From positions 1 through 10,103 of the forward strand of contig JBHHXT010000181.1 in assembly GCA_046757165.1 (NCBI GenBank): 10,103 nucleotides of DNA, in the 5' to 3' direction. Of the stretch, positions 6,885 to 10,103 are shown one piece after another. The stretch's first letter is position 1; the number at the start of each line of letters is the position of its first letter. The stretch is from a bacterium. Lineage in GTDB: Bacteria > Zhuqueibacterota > Zhuqueibacteria > Oceanimicrobiales > Oceanimicrobiaceae. The notes beneath the pieces are model-generated. The model did no database searches and was not told where the DNA came from. It saw only the letters and a program-made list of their open reading frames with translations. Made by a program: the position numbers and the translations under genes.

Positions 6885-8656
6885 TGTTCATCATCCAGCT
6901 CTATTCCGGGCAACATACCCGCACAGGGGATTTTATCTACCGCATCGTGCACGCGGCCCGGGGCCTCTTTACCCTGCCCAACGTGGAGGTAGCAAACATT
7001 GATCTGCTGCAGGTGAAAACGTGGTCTTTGCTACAGGAGACCCCCTTGCTCATCCTGCATCACCTGTCCGACCCGGATTTGCTGCCCATTGTTGCCGCTC
7101 GCCGCAAGAGAGGGTTACCCACGGTCTACGAGCTGGCAGACAATTTCCGTGCCTCGCATCTGCATAGACCGGAAGCGCGCCGAACAGGCCCACCTGATTA
7201 TCACTGCATCATCGAAGCCCTGATCCGGCGCTGTGATGCCGCACAGGCCACTTCGGCCGCGCTGCAATCGACCTTCGGACCGTTGAACCGTCGCTTCTTC
7301 GTCTTTCCCAATTTGGTTGAAACGCGCTTCCTGAAAAGAAAAAGCAAGGGGGTCAAGAAACACCCGTTCACCGTTGGCTGGGGAGGATCAACGCGCCATT
7401 TTGCAGACCTCGAGCACTATGCGGATGCCATTGTCAAGTGGGTCGGAAAACACCCTGACGTGCGACTGGCGTTGATGGCTGGCGGACAAATTCGCGCGCT
7501 ATTTTCGGGCATTCCGCCGGCGCAGTTGGACGCCCGCCCGCCAGCAAGCCTCGAAGCTTACTTCCGTTTCATCGACCGTTTGGATGTGGGGCTGGCGCCG
7601 TTGCTGCCGACCGAGTTCAACGCCTGCCGGTCAGATGTCAAATTCCTGGAGTACGCCTCACGGGAGGTCGTGCCGTTGTGCAGTCGGTTTGGACCCTACC
7701 AACAGCTCAGCGGTGACTTCCACCACCTTTTGCTTTTCAACGATTCTGAAGAGCTCATTGCGCAGCTCGAGAAACTCAGGCTGGATTGCCAATTTCGCAG
7801 CGAAATGGCCAGCCTGGCACGGGACTATGTCGCGAAGAATCGGCTACTGGAAGGCCATGATTGGCAAGCTCGACTGCAGCAATACCTCCGGTTGTTTCGA
7901 TGGGCACCTCTTTTCCCGGCAGGGGCGAGGGGCTGCTCAACCGTTGTCAAGCCTGCTGAACGCAAGCATGCACTTTTACCCTCCTGGCAAGTGCGCCTAT
8001 TGAACATGGCGGTTAAATCCAAGGATGTGGAAAAGGCCGGCCATCTGCTGCAGCAAATTAAGACACAAGATCCAAAAAACTACCAGATCCACTATTTCCA
8101 CGCAACGGTGCTGTTGAAAACCGGACAAACCGGGGCGGCCATCGCCAGTCTCAAAGAAGCGTTAAGATTGCAGCCCAAATCCGTGCGGGCGGCGCAGCTA
8201 CTGGTGCAGTGTCTGCTCATCAAACGGGATCTGGAAGCGGCTCGCCAGGTCGTCGAGCGCGCAATCGAGCAGGAGCCCGGTCTCCCGACACTCCTGAGTT
8301 TGAAAGGGCTTGTCCTGCAGCTCGCCGGGGAAGACCTGGCCGCCTGTGAGCTCCTGGATGACTCTCTTCGTACGGCACCCCGTTTGGTTGAAGCCAGCAT
8401 CACCCGCGCCTGGCTGGCGATAAGACTCGAGCAATTCGAAAAGGCGGAGCGTCTGGCCGATGACCTGAGCCATCTGATCCCGGATTCGGCAGAGCCGGCC
8501 ACCATCCTGGCCTCAGCTTGTATGGCACGCGGCGACTGCGAGCAGGCCGTGCACCACCTCACGGCGGCTCTGGAGTGTGATCCAGCTCACAAGACGGCCA
8601 GCAGGCTCTGGCGCCGGGTGCAAGAACTCCGGCCGGAATCAGTAAACCGACACTGA
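6875..8656 (+). CDS. GT-B (GT4-like) glycosyltransferase with C-terminal TPR array
   Basis: VYELADNF, VFPNLV, VGWGGSTRHFADL, LDVGLAPLLPTEFNACRSDVKFLEYAS. The last ~200 aa are several TPR-like repeats (e.g. AIASLKEALRLQP, AVHHLTAALECDP). The start is either TTG 6875 or ATG 6884, the latter giving a TGATG overlap with the upstream stop (translational coupling). Confidence 0.85.
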   Translation: MRLMFIIQLYSGQHTRTGDFIYRIVHAARGLFTLPNVEVANIDLLQVKTWSLLQETPLLILHHLSDPDLLPIVAARRKRGLPTVYELADNFRASHLHRPEARRTGPPDYHCIIEALIRRCDAAQATSAALQSTFGPLNRRFFVFPNLVETRFLKRKSKGVKKHPFTVGWGGSTRHFADLEHYADAIVKWVGKHPDVRLALMAGGQIRALFSGIPPAQLDARPPASLEAYFRFIDRLDVGLAPLLPTEFNACRSDVKFLEYASREVVPLCSRFGPYQQLSGDFHHLLLFNDSEELIAQLEKLRLDCQFRSEMASLARDYVAKNRLLEGHDWQARLQQYLRLFRWAPLFPAGARGCSTVVKPAERKHALLPSWQVRLLNMAVKSKDVEKAGHLLQQIKTQDPKNYQIHYFHATVLLKTGQTGAAIASLKEALRLQPKSVRAAQLLVQCLLIKRDLEAARQVVERAIEQEPGLPTLLSLKGLVLQLAGEDLAACELLDDSLRTAPRLVEASITRAWLAIRLEQFEKAERLADDLSHLIPDSAEPATILASACMARGDCEQAVHHLTAALECDPAHKTASRLWRRVQELRPESVNRH

Positions 8657-8699
8657 GTGCTTGACACGCTTGCAAGAAAAGCCACAGCTTGCTATCCAA

Positions 8700-8732
8700 A
8701 ACCTTGCGAAGGTTCGAAACCTTCGCAAGGTT
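8700..8732. repeat. REP-like nested palindrome
   Basis: AACCTTGCGAAGGTT-CGA-AACCTTCGCAAGGTT: a perfect 15-bp inverted repeat in which each arm is itself a hairpin (AACCTT-3nt-AAGGTT). There is no U-tract. Confidence 0.75.
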
Positions 8733-8796
8733 GCTCGGTCGGTCGGAAGGTACGGCATGAAACCTGGGGCGGTGAAACCGCAAAGCTTAACCCATG

Positions 8797-8856
8797 ACCG
8801 CTAATGGGCGCGAATGAAAAAATTAGGGTGACAAACAATTAGCGTTCATTCGCGGT
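8797..8856. repeat. Imperfect 19-bp inverted repeat (small palindromic element)
   Basis: ACCGCTAATGGGCGCGAAT (8797-8815) versus ATTAGCGTTCATTCGCGGT (8838-8856): 15/19 Watson-Crick pairs plus 2 G-U, around a 22-nt spacer. Confidence 0.6.
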
Positions 8857-9011
8857 TTGTTAATGAGCATCGTGGTGAAAAGTTTGCAGTCTTGTGCAAA
8901 ACTTCCTTAGTACTACTGTAAAACACAGTCGGAGACTGTGTTGGATCGTCAAACTGGACCCTGAAGCCGGAAATCTTTCGAAACACTAGGCTCCAAAGCA
9001 TCTCGAAGAAA

Positions 9012-10094
9012 ATGCGTGATGGGAAACTGCACATATTCCAGTTCGCGCACAACGCAGTCTGCGCCCGACCCAGGCTCGAGATTCCGGCAAAACATCTCAC
9101 GCCAAGCGGCCAATTTGAATTCACAACCTTTCGCAGGCTGGATACGAATACCTGCACCAGAATCATCACAAGCGCTGACATGCTGATTTTGCAATACCTG
9201 CCCTACTCGCCGGGTCTGGGAAAACTCATGCATCTGCTCAACCAAACCGGCCGACCTGTCATTTTTGAAATCGATGATGATCTGCTCGATCTGGAACCGG
9301 ACTCGCCATATCTCGAGGTTGCGCCGAAAGGGTACCCGGAAAGGCTCAGACAGACCCTCCTGCGGGCGCAAGCGGTGCAATGCAGCACAAGAGCGCTGGC
9401 CGAAAGCCTTGCTGCGTATCATCGCGAAGTGGCGGTTTTGGAGAATCAGTTGGATGAAATGCCGGTGTTTCGCGCCCCCGCCATTCAGGACCGCGCGATT
9501 GTGGTCGGATATGCTGCCGGTGAAAACCACGGCACAGATTGGGTCGTGGCCAGAGAGGCCTTCAATCGCTGCCTGGCAGAGGCCGCCGCAGCAGGCCGTG
9601 AGGTACAAGTCTGTATCATCGGAGACCGCGCCATCTATGATTCTATCGAAAGCCGCCACAAGCATTTTCTGCCTGTGCTGGGCTACAGCGATTACTTGCA
9701 AGTGCTCGGCTGTTTCGACATTTCACTCATGCCGCTGGCAAACACACGCTTCAACCGGGCCAAGTCAGACCTCAAGTTCCTGGAATCCGCAGCGTGCAGT
9801 TGCGCCGTGATTGGCAGCGACATCGCTTATTCTCGCTGCATCAAGCACGGTGAAAGCGGGCTTCTGTTCCACACCCCCACCGAATTTGCAGAGTGCCTGA
9901 GAAGCTTGCTCCGCGAGCCTGAGCAGATTCCCCGGCTTGCCCGGGCCGCCTATACCTACGTCAAAGAGAATCGACTGATGGGGCAGCATATTCACAAATG
10001 GCAGGCCACCTATCTGAACTGGTACCGAAGACGGAAGGAGCTCATCGCCGCTTCGATTAAGAAAAGGACTCAGACTTGCGCTGATAAACGCTGA
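9012..10094 (+). CDS. GT-B (GT4-like) glycosyltransferase, same family as the N-terminal part of 6875-8656 but without TPRs
   Basis: VIFEIDDDLL, AVQCSTRALA, VLENQL, FDISLMPLANTRFNRAKSDLKFLESAA, IKHGESGLL. The SD is weak, so the exact start is uncertain. Confidence 0.85.
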   Translation: MRDGKLHIFQFAHNAVCARPRLEIPAKHLTPSGQFEFTTFRRLDTNTCTRIITSADMLILQYLPYSPGLGKLMHLLNQTGRPVIFEIDDDLLDLEPDSPYLEVAPKGYPERLRQTLLRAQAVQCSTRALAESLAAYHREVAVLENQLDEMPVFRAPAIQDRAIVVGYAAGENHGTDWVVAREAFNRCLAEAAAAGREVQVCIIGDRAIYDSIESRHKHFLPVLGYSDYLQVLGCFDISLMPLANTRFNRAKSDLKFLESAACSCAVIGSDIAYSRCIKHGESGLLFHTPTEFAECLRSLLREPEQIPRLARAAYTYVKENRLMGQHIHKWQATYLNWYRRRKELIAASIKKRTQTCADKR

Positions 10095-10103
10095 TTCTGT
10101 CTG

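Noticed and set aside
8755..8800. GAAACCGCAAAGC resembling part of a c-di-GMP-I riboswitch
   Set aside because: Only the GCAAAGC fragment matches; the P1/P2/P3 arrangement cannot be built.
8846..9181. 111-aa minus-strand ORF overlapping the start of the last GT
   Set aside because: Overlaps a supported gene in antisense and the palindrome cluster, with no recognisable domain.

Overview
Bacterial chromosomal window with all real genes on the + strand. It starts with two tandem, minimal (279 aa) flagellin paralogues behind a sigma28(FliA)-type promoter, closed by a strong intrinsic terminator. A long pentapeptide-repeat protein follows. After a second sigma28-like promoter come a DegT/DnrJ/EryC1/StrS sugar aminotransferase and four glycosyltransferase-like genes, two of them with C-terminal TPRs. 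The most economical reading is a flagellin glycosylation locus (inference from gene neighbourhood). The intergenic regions are unusually rich in structure. A 55-bp degenerate inverted repeat (95-149 / 3278-3332) brackets the flagellin+pentapeptide block and supplies the pentapeptide gene's stop codon. A perfect 14-bp palindrome lies in the flagellin leader, direct repeats abut the RBS in both sigma28 leaders, and REP/MITE-like palindromes cluster at 8700-8942. No rRNA, tRNA, CRISPR array, transposase or recombinase is visible.
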